Shown here: piece by piece, positions 8,457 to 17,564 of the stretch
Position numbering within the stretch: position 1 is the first letter of the stretch
How the letters are laid out: each line of letters starts with the position of its first letter
UHGV virus genome: UHGV-0209788
Length of the DNA stretch: 49,101 bases
Direction: 5' to 3' (one strand)
Source: a virus
The notes under the pieces: generated by a model
Database searches by the model: none
What the model saw: only the letters and a program-made list of their open reading frames with translations
Told to the model about the DNA's origin: nothing
Position numbers and translations under genes: made by a program

Positions 8457-10916
8457 ATGGCCACTACACCTACTAATCTGCCAGTACCGAGTGAATCCCC
8501 GCATGATCTGAAGTTTAACGCAGGCAAGATTGATGAATTTGTCACGTCTATGGGGTGGACCTATACCGATCGCTTCGGTAAGAAGCACTACACTATTGAA
8601 GGCATTAATTACCTTGCCCAGCAGGCAATGGCAGCGTTCGGCTATGTGATCCTCACTGGCAAAACATTTACCACTGGCGCAACGATAAACAACCCGAACG
8701 AAGTTCTGCTGAATACAGCTGATGGGGAATACTACAAATGGACCGGTTCATTTGCAGGTGGTCCTAAAGTAGTTCCCGAAAACTCAACTCCGGCGAGTAC
8801 TGGTGGAATTGGCCCTGGTGCGTGGATTGGCGTCGGTGATTCTAGTTTGAGAGCTGCTCTTGCTCAAAATAAAGGATCTTCACTAGTAGGTTACGGCGAT
8901 CGCACCGTAGAAGATAAACTTAATGAGCGGAAAAGCCCTTTCGATTTTGAAGCAATAGGCAATGGTGAAGATGATGACACATTAGCACTTCAAAAATTTA
9001 TAGACGAAACTGATGGTGATCTTGATCTTGCTGGTGGCACATTTCTAATAAGTAAGAATTATGCGCTAGCTATTCAATATCCAAATGAAGCCGACTTTTC
9101 TGACGGTACTTATAACTACAGCCCATGCCTTGCATTGGTTGGAAAGAAGGGTATCAAAATTCATAATGGAACATTGCTGGTTAAGACGCATGGCCTTGAT
9201 GCGTTAAGCCTCATAGCCTGTGAGCATGTTACTGTTGATTTAACTATCAAGGGCCCGGGAGTCTTCCCTGCAATTGATACTACAACTGGGTATGCAGAGA
9301 AAGGAGAAGCCAGATTCGGGTACGATTCTGCTCTAGTTCTTGCACCAAACAATGCCCTTGATACCAGCGCATATACTGGTGGCGCATACGCTGGTGTTAC
9401 AGGTCAATTCCCTAAATACAATGCAGACGGTAGCCAAGCTTCAGGTTGGCAGAACACGTGGGGCAAGTTCCTTGGCGGCAACATCGGTAGCTGGGCTTGC
9501 GGTGTGAAGGTTCAACGTGCATGCCGTGGTATTCTTATCAATGACTGTGACATCTCTGGGTTTAACTTTGGTGCGGTAGGTATTGGCATCCGTAACACAG
9601 CAGCAGCCTATGGTGCAAGTGATTACACCACAGATGCAGATGTACCTGATGGCGTGATGGTTATTAACACACGTATTCGCAAGTGCTACAGTGCAGGCAT
9701 CTACGTCCTCTCTGGGTATCGCCTGAACTACATGGCGAATAACATCGAAGACATCGGACATCCTGATGGGGATGATGTACTGAACGCAAGTTACGACCCA
9801 GGCTACGGTATCACACATGGTCGAAACCGAAGAATCCGTAATGTAACAATTACAGAGAATATGATTCGTAACTGCCGCCGCAAGTGTATTGACTTCCATG
9901 GTGGAGGCCAGGCTATCATCGCAAACAATCATTGCCTGGAGCATGGGGTTGTAGGTATCTACGCTAAGTGTGGACCCGGTTGGGCACCCAACTATGAACC
10001 ATATAACCTGATTGTCGCTGATAACTATGTCCGTTCCCGTGATGTACCTGCCAGTGAAACTACAGGCCTACTGATCGGTGCTAAGTATACACGATGCATT
10101 GATGTTGGTGGTGGTGGCGAAGCCACGCAAGCCACATACCCAGACCCTTTTGTCAAGATACACAATAATTACTGTGAACTCCGTGCATACGATGGGGTAG
10201 CAATAAGCACAGGTGCTGGTGACGACAACTATGCCGTTTTCCAGGATATTGATATCAGCCACAATAGTGTTGTAATGAAGTGCAACACAGTCAACAATAC
10301 GACTGAGGGCATAGCTGTGAATGCTGGAGCGGAGGCTAACAAAGTTTACAGAGGTCAGCGCATACGTTTGGTGGGAAACAGCGTTAAGCAACTGAACAAC
10401 CTGTCGCTTAACTATCGTGTAATTGGATATAAAATTTCTGGAATTCCCAAATCAATCATCGCTCATGGAAATATTGTGGATTTAAACACATTAAACCAGG
10501 CGGGGTTGCTATCATCATTTGTTTTGGATGGAAGGACATATATATCATTTTCTGGAAACCAGGCATTAAGCATTGGTTCTCGTAGCACAATGTCAGCCTC
10601 AGACATAATTTTCTACGACAATACAAGAATCTCTATTCCAGCAGGATCGGCGTCAACTTCAATTCCAGCCAGCTTATTTAGAGGGGTTTGGCAGGCAACC
10701 ATTGCAGGATCTGGAGATGCATTTGGAGCAAGGCAGGTACAACTAGCTAACACAGGCACTACTGGCACATCGACAGATGTTGTGAGGTCATCTACGACAG
10801 GTGTTATCGCTAACATTGCGGTCGGACCATCTGGTGTTGTTATTCCAGCGATAACAAATCAAACAGATGTAACCATCAGTCTTAAACCTCTGGTTCAATA
10901 TGACTCAGTGCTATAA
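8457..10916 (+). CDS. Tailspike / tail fiber with right-handed beta-helix (pectate-lyase-like) polysaccharide depolymerase domain
   Basis: Conserved N-terminal anchor region. The central region has parallel beta-helix repeat signatures (NNIEDIGHPDGDD, GITHGRNRRIRNVTITENMIRNC, GGGQAIIANNHC). Adjacent to the gtr cassette. Confidence 0.75.
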   Translation: MATTPTNLPVPSESPHDLKFNAGKIDEFVTSMGWTYTDRFGKKHYTIEGINYLAQQAMAAFGYVILTGKTFTTGATINNPNEVLLNTADGEYYKWTGSFAGGPKVVPENSTPASTGGIGPGAWIGVGDSSLRAALAQNKGSSLVGYGDRTVEDKLNERKSPFDFEAIGNGEDDDTLALQKFIDETDGDLDLAGGTFLISKNYALAIQYPNEADFSDGTYNYSPCLALVGKKGIKIHNGTLLVKTHGLDALSLIACEHVTVDLTIKGPGVFPAIDTTTGYAEKGEARFGYDSALVLAPNNALDTSAYTGGAYAGVTGQFPKYNADGSQASGWQNTWGKFLGGNIGSWACGVKVQRACRGILINDCDISGFNFGAVGIGIRNTAAAYGASDYTTDADVPDGVMVINTRIRKCYSAGIYVLSGYRLNYMANNIEDIGHPDGDDVLNASYDPGYGITHGRNRRIRNVTITENMIRNCRRKCIDFHGGGQAIIANNHCLEHGVVGIYAKCGPGWAPNYEPYNLIVADNYVRSRDVPASETTGLLIGAKYTRCIDVGGGGEATQATYPDPFVKIHNNYCELRAYDGVAISTGAGDDNYAVFQDIDISHNSVVMKCNTVNNTTEGIAVNAGAEANKVYRGQRIRLVGNSVKQLNNLSLNYRVIGYKISGIPKSIIAHGNIVDLNTLNQAGLLSSFVLDGRTYISFSGNQALSIGSRSTMSASDIIFYDNTRISIPAGSASTSIPASLFRGVWQATIAGSGDAFGARQVQLANTGTTGTSTDVVRSSTTGVIANIAVGPSGVVIPAITNQTDVTISLKPLVQYDSVL

Positions 10917-10919
10917 ATA

Positions 10920-10947
10920 ATAACGCCCCTCTAAGGGGCGTTATTTT
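10920..10947. terminator. Bidirectional terminator between tailspike and gtrC
   Basis: Hairpin AACGCCCCT-ctaa-GGGGCGTT flanked by T/A runs on both strands. Confidence 0.6.
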
Positions 10948-12403
10948 ACATTCTATTTATATATATTCTGTACCCATCTTTGTATTTAATTAATTTAATA
11001 AGGCTATTGTTTTTCATAATCTCTCCATCTCCTTTAAACCTTTCATCTTTTGGTATAGGTGATGATATGCCATACTGTTTCATAAGGCTATACTTGAACC
11101 TGTAGTTTGCAAAGGCAGAACCTACAAGATATTGCGATACCGGAATAGCATCGTATGTTCTCTTGACAGAATCTGGATAAGACGGGAAGCCAGATATTAC
11201 TATCTTATCACCTGTTTTATAACCACATTCAATTAGGTTGTAGGCAATATTCTGAGCGACCACTCTGTCTATACGCTGATATATTTTGAAAGCATTCGAT
11301 ACTCCATATGCTTGGCTAAAATTGAAAGTAATAATTACCACAATCAATGATTTTGACAAAGCACCTAATTTACTCATCATTTCTACACCCTTTAGTAGTG
11401 CACAAAATGATAATCCAGCGGCTATCATCACTCTAGGCTCTACTATAGGGCTTTTCAAAACCAGATAAGGAGCAAATCCGAGAACTATTATTGCTACAAA
11501 TGCAAGCACTGAAAATGCAGTTATTTTATTTCTTTCTATTGATGAAATTACCAACATAATAATTATCAATGTTAACAAAATAATACTAGGAGCAAATGCG
11601 GTAACCTTGTAAAGCATATTTATAAACAATGAGAAATTATTTACAAATATCTTTAATCCATCAACTGAAAGTGGAATTAACTCAGAGTGAGTGTCCGTGT
11701 ATCCGGATGTATAGGAATCTCCATCAAAAAACACCAGCATCATTACTTTATAAAGCAAGAACGAAAAGAAAAGAGATGAAAATACCTTTAAGATTAAGTT
11801 AATAACATCATTTTTATTTTCATTGCAGCACCTCATAAAGCACATTAATGCAAGATAAGATAAAACGAATGGTATAGATGCCTGGTATATTGATATTGAA
11901 ATAAACCCAATCGCCACCGAACTAATCCAGCGGACAATACTTCTCTCTGCGCTCATCCTTGCCTGTAAAATAGCCCCGAGACAGGATAATGACATTATTA
12001 AAGAGTCAAACCTGAAATAAATATTACCAATGAATAAAGTTGAAGTCAGAGGTAGTAACATGCATGCTGCTTTAGCAATTGGGGATTTCAGGCTTAGCTC
12101 AACAGAGATAAGATACCCGCAAAAGATCATCACAAAGGCGCATAATATAATGGTAAGCGGGAAAACATCATATAAAACACCATCCCCAAAGAAATTTAAA
12201 CCTCCGCCAAACATGCTAATCGCAGCCATTATGACAGAGGAAAGAGGCCTCCCGTTACCCTCCCAAGCAGTAACTCCGGTATCAGTCCTAAGCCAATCAT
12301 CTACAACATAGTTGTTATTAATGATAAATGGCAATATGTATACAAATGATAGAGCCAGCGATATTAAAAATATAGACTTATCATTTTTCATATTTCTTAT
12401 CAT
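10946..12403 (-). CDS. gtrC: Serotype-specific O-antigen glucosyltransferase (GtrC-type polytopic membrane protein)
   Basis: 485-aa multi-TM protein, very AT-rich, directly downstream of gtrB. Typical variable third gene of gtr cassettes. Confidence 0.7.
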   Translation of the reverse strand: MIRNMKNDKSIFLISLALSFVYILPFIINNNYVVDDWLRTDTGVTAWEGNGRPLSSVIMAAISMFGGGLNFFGDGVLYDVFPLTIILCAFVMIFCGYLISVELSLKSPIAKAACMLLPLTSTLFIGNIYFRFDSLIMSLSCLGAILQARMSAERSIVRWISSVAIGFISISIYQASIPFVLSYLALMCFMRCCNENKNDVINLILKVFSSLFFSFLLYKVMMLVFFDGDSYTSGYTDTHSELIPLSVDGLKIFVNNFSLFINMLYKVTAFAPSIILLTLIIIMLVISSIERNKITAFSVLAFVAIIVLGFAPYLVLKSPIVEPRVMIAAGLSFCALLKGVEMMSKLGALSKSLIVVIITFNFSQAYGVSNAFKIYQRIDRVVAQNIAYNLIECGYKTGDKIVISGFPSYPDSVKRTYDAIPVSQYLVGSAFANYRFKYSLMKQYGISSPIPKDERFKGDGEIMKNNSLIKLIKYKDGYRIYINRM

Positions 12404-13317
12404 TTTCGTCCCTTCAGCACATAACGAGGTCTGTTTTTCACTTCCACGTAAATCCTTCCGATATACTCACCAAGAACTCCAATCCCAATCAACTGTATGC
12501 CTCCAAGAAAAAGGATAGACACAAGCAATGATGGATAGCCGCGAACTGCATTACCAAAGGCGAGGGTATCTATAATCATCCATGCACCATACAAAAACGC
12601 AGCACCGGCAACTAACAGGCCGATGTACGTCCACATGCGAAGCGGGAAAGTAGAGAAGCTGGTAATCCCCTCTAGGGCAAGGTTCCACAGTTTCCAGCCA
12701 TTAAATTTCGTGCTCCCGGCCACTCGCTCGGCCCTGGTATACTCAACAACATCGGTTCGCCCGCCAACCCAGCTCAGCACACCCTTCATGAACAGATTGC
12801 GTTCTGGCATTAGCTTAATGTTTTCCACTACCTCGCGAGACATCAGACGGAAGTCGCCAACGTTTTCTTCGATCTTTGGATTGCTGATTTTGTTGTGCAG
12901 CTTATAGAACCACTCAGCGGTCTTTCGTTTCAGGCGCCCGTCCGTAGAGCGGTCTGATCGCTTAGCCAGAACCATATCGGCCCCAGCCTGCCATTTCTCT
13001 ATCAGGTGCGGAATGACTTCGATAGGGTCCTGCAAGTCAACGTCAATAGGGATAATTGCTTCACCGGTGGCGTGATCAAGACCAGCGAAAAGAGCTGGCT
13101 CTTTACCAAAGTTGCGAGTGAACGACAGTGGAACCACAAGCGGATCGGCAACAGCAAGCGCGTTGATAATTGATTCTGTAGCGTCTTTGCTGCCGTCATT
13201 GATGAAGACTATCTCTACTTCATGCTGCTGAAGCCCTTCAAATTCCCGAACCGTTTTATAAAAAATAGGTATCGCGTCTTCTTCGTTGAAGACGGGAACG
13301 ACCAGAGAAATTTTCAT
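12400..13317 (-). CDS. gtrB: Bactoprenol glucosyltransferase (GT2)
   Basis: [13 protein letters not shown]...[10 protein letters not shown]2 signature plus C-terminal TM helices. Near-identical to the recalled P22 GtrB. Confidence 0.9.
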   Translation of the reverse strand: MKISLVVPVFNEEDAIPIFYKTVREFEGLQQHEVEIVFINDGSKDATESIINALAVADPLVVPLSFTRNFGKEPALFAGLDHATGEAIIPIDVDLQDPIEVIPHLIEKWQAGADMVLAKRSDRSTDGRLKRKTAEWFYKLHNKISNPKIEENVGDFRLMSREVVENIKLMPERNLFMKGVLSWVGGRTDVVEYTRAERVAGSTKFNGWKLWNLALEGITSFSTFPLRMWTYIGLLVAGAAFLYGAWMIIDTLAFGNAVRGYPSLLVSILFLGGIQLIGIGVLGEYIGRIYVEVKNRPRYVLKGRK

Positions 13318-13676
13318 TTCGCATCCCTAAAGACAATGAACTTTGAATAAATAAAACCGCACACCAGACTGATGGCGGAGAAAAGAATGAGAGTCACGAT
13401 CGGAGCCATGCCAGACTTATCAGCGCACCATCCAACAGCGGCGCTAAGCGTCCCCATAAAGCCAACGTAGAGCATGTAGCGCATGGTGGTAGTCGAGGAC
13501 TTAAACGTGAACCTGGCGTTTGCAAAGAAGCTGAAAGACACTGCCACGACAAACCCGGCAAAGTTGCCAAGCGCCTGTCCTGTATGAAATGCGTAGATGC
13601 AAACAGCGAACACGACCCAGTGGATGAGCGTATTGATAACACCTATAGATGTGTACTTGGCGAATAACTTTAACAT
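13314..13676 (-). CDS. gtrA: GtrA flippase family membrane protein
   Basis: 120 aa with 4 TM helices and the GtrA-like motif. First gene of the cassette. Confidence 0.85.
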   Translation of the reverse strand: MLKLFAKYTSIGVINTLIHWVVFAVCIYAFHTGQALGNFAGFVVAVSFSFFANARFTFKSSTTTMRYMLYVGFMGTLSAAVGWCADKSGMAPIVTLILFSAISLVCGFIYSKFIVFRDAK

Positions 13677-13730
13677 TATAGAAATCAGTGAATTCGGAAA
13701 GGTCTGAAGTGTAGCACCACAAACGCTATT

Positions 13731-13747
13731 GATCGATACCGCCGATC
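13731..13747. promoter_or_regulatory. Pair of GATC (Dam) sites in direct repeats GATCGATA...GATCGATA in the gtr/umuD' divergent control region
   Basis: GATC at 13731 and 13744, 13 bp apart, upstream of gtrA. gtr operons of P22-like phages are known to be phase-variable via Dam/OxyR. Confidence 0.35.
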
Positions 13748-13752
13748 GATAA

Positions 13753-13772
13753 TACTGTATGCATATACAGTA
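13753..13772. promoter_or_regulatory. LexA (SOS) box
   Basis: TACTGTATGCATATACAGTA, a CTGT-N8-ACAG palindrome matching the consensus TACTGTATATATATACAGTA at 18/20. It lies 17 bp upstream of the umuD'-like start and overlaps its likely -10 region. Confidence 0.75.
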
Positions 13773-13788
13773 ACTATCGGAGGTGAGT

Positions 13789-14178
13789 ATGGGATTCCCG
13801 AGCCCCGCTGCTGATTACGTTGAATCGCGCCTGTCACTTGATGAGGCGCTTATCCAGAAACCAGCCGCTACGTACTACATGCGCGCGGGTGAGACTATCT
13901 ACCGCTGCGGCATCATGAAGGATGCGCTGTTGGTCATCGATTCGTCACTTAAGCCATGTGACGGCTCGCTGCTTATCTGTGACTGCAACGGTGAGTTTAA
14001 AGTAAAGAGGTATCGAACATATCCGCAGCCGCATCTTGAGAATGTGGCGAACGGGAGAAAGGAGAGGCTGCCTGGTAACGACGAGGGTATCAGCGGAGCG
14101 CTACCAATATTTGGAGTCATCACGTACATCATCAACGATGCGCGTTCTGGTGAGTTTGATGACTGCCCGGTGATGTGA
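13789..14178 (+). CDS. UmuD'-like protein (S24 peptidase fold, begins at the UmuD cleavage site)
   Basis: MGFPSPAADYVESR aligns with E. coli UmuD G25-FPSPAADYVEQR. The catalytic Lys is conserved (FKVKR) and the GDSM Ser aligns to Thr (GETI). GGAGG RBS present. Confidence 0.8.
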   Translation: MGFPSPAADYVESRLSLDEALIQKPAATYYMRAGETIYRCGIMKDALLVIDSSLKPCDGSLLICDCNGEFKVKRYRTYPQPHLENVANGRKERLPGNDEGISGALPIFGVITYIINDARSGEFDDCPVM

Positions 14179-14350
14179 TGAGGAAAAGGCATAGCTATGC
14201 CAGGGGCATGGCTGTGCACTCTCTGTGTCACAGATGTGTCATGCATGGATGAGTCGTAACGAAACGCAGAAGCATATAACGACACGTAATGACACAAGTC
14301 CGGTGCGAGCGCGGAAAAACTAATGACTTTACAGTGTGTTAAATGATACT

Positions 14351-14402
14351 CTACGTTCTTCTAAGCCGTAGGTCGTAGGTTCGAATCCTACAGGGCGTGC
14401 CA
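14351..14402 (+). other. attP core: 3' ~50 nt of a tRNA-Arg(UCU) gene (anticodon loop to CCA)
   Basis: CTTCTAAG anticodon loop, then GGTTCGAATCC T-loop, acceptor 3' strand and GCCA. Aligns with the argU 3' half. Sits immediately 3' of int. Confidence 0.75.
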
Positions 14403-14417
14403 TTTAAAAACAGGCGC

Positions 14418-15581
14418 TTACGCCAGTTTCAAGCCAGCCTGATTTTCTCCTTGTGTCGTATTTGTGTCATGGTTGCCAAAAATGGCATCAATTTTCCGTG
14501 CGTGTTCGCTTAAGTGGTTCGGTGCCAGGTGAGCGTATCGACGGACCATTTCGATGGACTCCCAGCCGCCCATTTCTTGCAGAACGGACAACGGCACGCC
14601 GGACTGAATTAACCAGCTCGCCCAGGTATGCCGGAGGTCGTGAAAACGGAAGTCCTCTATACCCGCTCTTTCCAGTCCAATGCGCCAGGCGACATTGTCA
14701 TCCACTCGCATTTTTCGGACAGCCGGAGTGACGGTTTTATCCGGACGCGTAGATGGCTTCGTATGAACGAATACCCACCTGGAACTTTTCCCGATCTGAT
14801 CCCTTAACACCCTGCATGCGGTATCATTCAGAGCTACGCCGATAGCCTTGCCCGCCTTCGCGTTCTCCGGATTTACCCATGCAACCTTTCTCTGCATATC
14901 GACCTGCTGCCACTCCAGGTCAATGATGTTGGAGCGGCGCAGGCCGGTTGCCAGTGCAAATATCACCACCGGCTTTATCGACTCCGGCATGCAGGCAATT
15001 AACCTTTCTGCCTCGTCCCTGGTCAGCCATCGGATGCGTTTGCTGATCGGCTTTTTGGTTTTTATAACCGGGGCCGTTTTAATCCAGCCCCAGTCATTTG
15101 CCGCAGCCTTGAACAGAGATCGCATGAACGAAAGGTGCTGGCTCTTTGTGGCCTGGCTTACCGGCTTCTCAACATACGGAGGCGGTTCCTTCCCCCGTCG
15201 TATAGCCGCGTCCCGGCGCGACTCCCAGACCTGAATATGCTTACGGTTGACCATCTTCGAAACAGCCTCATGAACCTGATCAGCCGTGATGGTTGAAATA
15301 TCCCGGCCGGAGAAATGCCGCAGGAAATATTCGATTTTGGTCTTATCGTCATCGAGTGACCGCTTATGCTCCTTCTCGCGGATCCACCTGATGCAACATT
15401 CCTCAAACGTCCTCGTCGGTAGTTCCCCAATTTTATCAACCCGCCACGCTTCAGCCTTCAGCTTGTCGTGCAGCTCCTGCGCTTGTTTCTTGTCCCCCGT
15501 ACCAAGAGATCGTCTAATTCTTTTCCCTGACGGCGTAACGAAATGACAGTGCCAGACGCCGCCTCTGAGGGTGATTGACAT
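14418..15581 (-). CDS. int: Tyrosine integrase
   Basis: 387 aa with the C-terminal R...HxLRHT...Y catalytic signature ([11 protein letters not shown]...RRYAHL). Adjacent to the tRNA-fragment att site. Confidence 0.95.
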   Translation of the reverse strand: MSITLRGGVWHCHFVTPSGKRIRRSLGTGDKKQAQELHDKLKAEAWRVDKIGELPTRTFEECCIRWIREKEHKRSLDDDKTKIEYFLRHFSGRDISTITADQVHEAVSKMVNRKHIQVWESRRDAAIRRGKEPPPYVEKPVSQATKSQHLSFMRSLFKAAANDWGWIKTAPVIKTKKPISKRIRWLTRDEAERLIACMPESIKPVVIFALATGLRRSNIIDLEWQQVDMQRKVAWVNPENAKAGKAIGVALNDTACRVLRDQIGKSSRWVFVHTKPSTRPDKTVTPAVRKMRVDDNVAWRIGLERAGIEDFRFHDLRHTWASWLIQSGVPLSVLQEMGGWESIEMVRRYAHLAPNHLSEHARKIDAIFGNHDTNTTQGENQAGLKLA

Positions 15582-15793
15582 AAAATTTCTCCTTTATGTT
15601 CACCCGCGCTCGCGGAAACAGGATCGCGCGGGTCATGTAAATACGCAATACAGGCAACGTCGGTTGTGCGGTATTTGTTCCCGATCTTCTTCCCGGCCAG
15701 CTGCCCCGAGTCGATAAGACGGTAGACAGTTCTCGGTGAGGTGATTAGTAGCTCGGCCGCCTGTCTGGCTGTCAGTGTTTTTGCCTCAACCAT
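15458..15793 (-). CDS. xis: Excisionase (AlpA/Xis-type HTH)
   Basis: [35 protein letters not shown]. Overlaps the int 5' end as in lambda and P22. Confidence 0.7.
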   Translation of the reverse strand: MVEAKTLTARQAAELLITSPRTVYRLIDSGQLAGKKIGNKYRTTDVACIAYLHDPRDPVSASAGEHKGEILCQSPSEAASGTVISLRRQGKELDDLLVRGTRNKRRSCTTS

Positions 15794-15903
15794 GCATTTC
15801 CTCCAGGCAAAAAAGAACCCGGCGCGGGGCCGGGCAAAAGGGATCACGAGGTGGCGCTTTCGCACCCAATAGCCAGCTCATAACTGGCTATCAGTTGCGT
15901 GAG

Positions 15904-16164
15904 TTAGATTTGCGATCGGTTATTCCGCTTCACCGCGAAGTTTCCGGTCAGCGCGCTGCTGATTGGGCCGCCGTTTTTCAGGTCTGAAACGATGATATCG
16001 ACGGTCAGCCCTTCGCTTGCCATTTCGTTATCAATTGGCTCATTGTCCTCTAGCGCGTCACGGAAAGACGCGGCGACAATCTTCCCACCCATAAACGACA
16101 TGCCAGCGCTAACAGGCGGCTCTTTACCGTCCTCATACTCAAATACGAACGTCATCTTTCCCAT
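15904..16164 (-). CDS. Small protein homologous to the C-terminal end of the tape measure protein
   Basis: LTVDIIVSDLKNGGPISSALTGNFAVKRNNRSQ compared with the tape measure C-terminus VTVDLIVADLNNGGPISNAITSNMNVKRTPRGQ. Strong RBS GAGGAGAAATT-ATG. Confidence 0.6.
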   Translation of the reverse strand: MGKMTFVFEYEDGKEPPVSAGMSFMGGKIVAASFRDALEDNEPIDNEMASEGLTVDIIVSDLKNGGPISSALTGNFAVKRNNRSQI

Positions 16165-16173
16165 AATTTCTCC

Positions 16174-16413
16174 TCATGCAGCACGCTGGGCGCGCAGCTT
16201 CTTCAGGTGATCTGCTGTTTCGATTTCTTCGGCGATCCGCTCGGCCTGTGCTTTGGTCAGCGGCTCGAAATCCTGATTAAAGCGGCCCATGCTGGCGATA
16301 CAGGTGCGACCGTTGCGGATGTAGTGGATTACTTCGTGGGTAGAGCGGAGGATTTTGCATGGCGCGCCGTGGGGATCGGCGTACCAGGTATTAGGCTGGA
16401 TTATCCTGAACAT
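16174..16413 (-). CDS. Hypothetical protein
   Basis: ATG 16413 has an AAGGTGG RBS. The ORF track start at 16422 is a GTG. Confidence 0.4.
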   Translation of the reverse strand: MFRIIQPNTWYADPHGAPCKILRSTHEVIHYIRNGRTCIASMGRFNQDFEPLTKAQAERIAEEIETADHLKKLRAQRAA

Positions 16414-16888
16414 TGGGACCACCTTTGACGAAGATCACCCAGTGGGTTTTGTCTGACTTGCCGGTGCGCTGCCAGATGATCGGCTTCTCGTCGGTAAGCG
16501 CCAGGATATTGCTTACCGGGATCTGCGTTTCGTTCCATTTGAAGATGAGCACACCGTGTGGCCACAACACCCTGAACGCTTCGGCGAAGCCTGCACGCAA
16601 ATCGTCGCGCCATGTTTCTTTGTTGAGCCGGCCGTACTTTTTCCCCATCCATGCATTATCACCGACACGCTCAAGGTGCGGCGGATCGAACACGACGACA
16701 GGGAAAGTGTTATCGCCAAAAGGGAGGGCGCGGAAATCGGCAATAAGGTCCGGGCTAATAACCAACTGGCGTCCGTCGCAAAGTTCATGCTGCTCGGCGC
16801 GGATATCACTGAACACGGCGCGCTCGTCCTGCTTGTCGAGCCAGAACATGCGCGACCCGCAGCACATGTCTAAAATTGCCTTTTGCAT
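16391..16888 (-). CDS. Orphan DNA methyltransferase (N6A/N4C class, DPPH motif)
   Basis: Motif I-like DMCCGSR and motif IV VVFDPPH. Confidence 0.65.
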   Translation of the reverse strand: MQKAILDMCCGSRMFWLDKQDERAVFSDIRAEQHELCDGRQLVISPDLIADFRALPFGDNTFPVVVFDPPHLERVGDNAWMGKKYGRLNKETWRDDLRAGFAEAFRVLWPHGVLIFKWNETQIPVSNILALTDEKPIIWQRTGKSDKTHWVIFVKGGPNVQDNPA

Positions 16889-17106
16889 TACAATCCCCTC
16901 TGCTTATTCTTCAACTCAATGACGCCCTGGCACTCCGCGCACGTCTGGCAGCCTGGAACGGCAGCGCGCCGCGGCTCCGGGATATCCTCTCCGCATTCCA
17001 CACAATGCTCAGCTGATACGGCGTTGCGGTTTAACCGGTGAGCGGAAAGGGCAGCGTTACGCTGAAGCTCTTCAATCTCTGCTGCGGTGTCGATGATGTC
17101 AGCCAT
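16888..17106 (-). CDS. TraR/DksA family C4 zinc finger protein
   Basis: CVECGEDIP...CQTCAEC motif. Start at ATG 17106 (MADIID) with an AGGAG RBS. Confidence 0.7.
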   Translation of the reverse strand: MADIIDTAAEIEELQRNAALSAHRLNRNAVSAEHCVECGEDIPEPRRAAVPGCQTCAECQGVIELKNKQRGL

Positions 17107-17284
17107 TTCGTGCTCTCCTGCGTTTCTTGGCGGCTCGACGCGCCGCTGCAATGCCAGTCTTCCCGCCGCTAACCGGGTAACTATGTCCGGTACATAGAGA
17201 AGGGGGAATTTCTGCGATGCTGCACGGTTTAATCGAAGCCAGAGTGCCGGCCATGACAGCTAATGCTATGGATGTTCGTTTCAT
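17099..17284 (-). CDS. Small secreted/basic protein, unknown
   Basis: Signal-peptide-like N-terminus, GGAG RBS, and its own upstream terminator. Size and basic C-terminus make it uncertain. Confidence 0.3.
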   Translation of the reverse strand: MKRTSIALAVMAGTLASIKPCSIAEIPPSLCTGHSYPVSGGKTGIAAARRAAKKRRRARNG

Positions 17285-17335
17285 GGGTGCTCCCGGAACT
17301 GTCGGTTAATTCGGTTGAAGGTGAACGCCAGCAAT

Positions 17336-17356
17336 AAAAAAGGAGCCTTAAGCTCC
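17336..17356 (-). terminator. Rho-independent terminator (leftward transcripts)
   Basis: Hairpin GGAGC-cttaa-GCTCC with a T-run on the minus strand. Confidence 0.45.
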
Positions 17357-17372
17357 TGGGTGATTAGTGCCT

Positions 17373-17564
17373 TCATGCTGCACCGCCTTCATTCTTCTCG
17401 GCTTCGACCGCCATCTGCTCAAGCCGTCGCGATAACTCGGCGGCCAGAGTCTGGAACTCTTCCTCGGTCGCCACCGGGATCGGCACAAAGCGAATCCCGA
17501 TGTGCGCCAGGGGGTTGGCGATGTCGAGGCTTTTCCTCAAATCAACGGGTGCGGCTCGGTTCAT
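17373..17564 (-). CDS. Hypothetical protein
   Basis: 63-aa ORF, ATGA-coupled to the upstream gene. Confidence 0.35.
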   Translation of the reverse strand: MNRAAPVDLRKSLDIANPLAHIGIRFVPIPVATEEEFQTLAAELSRRLEQMAVEAEKNEGGAA

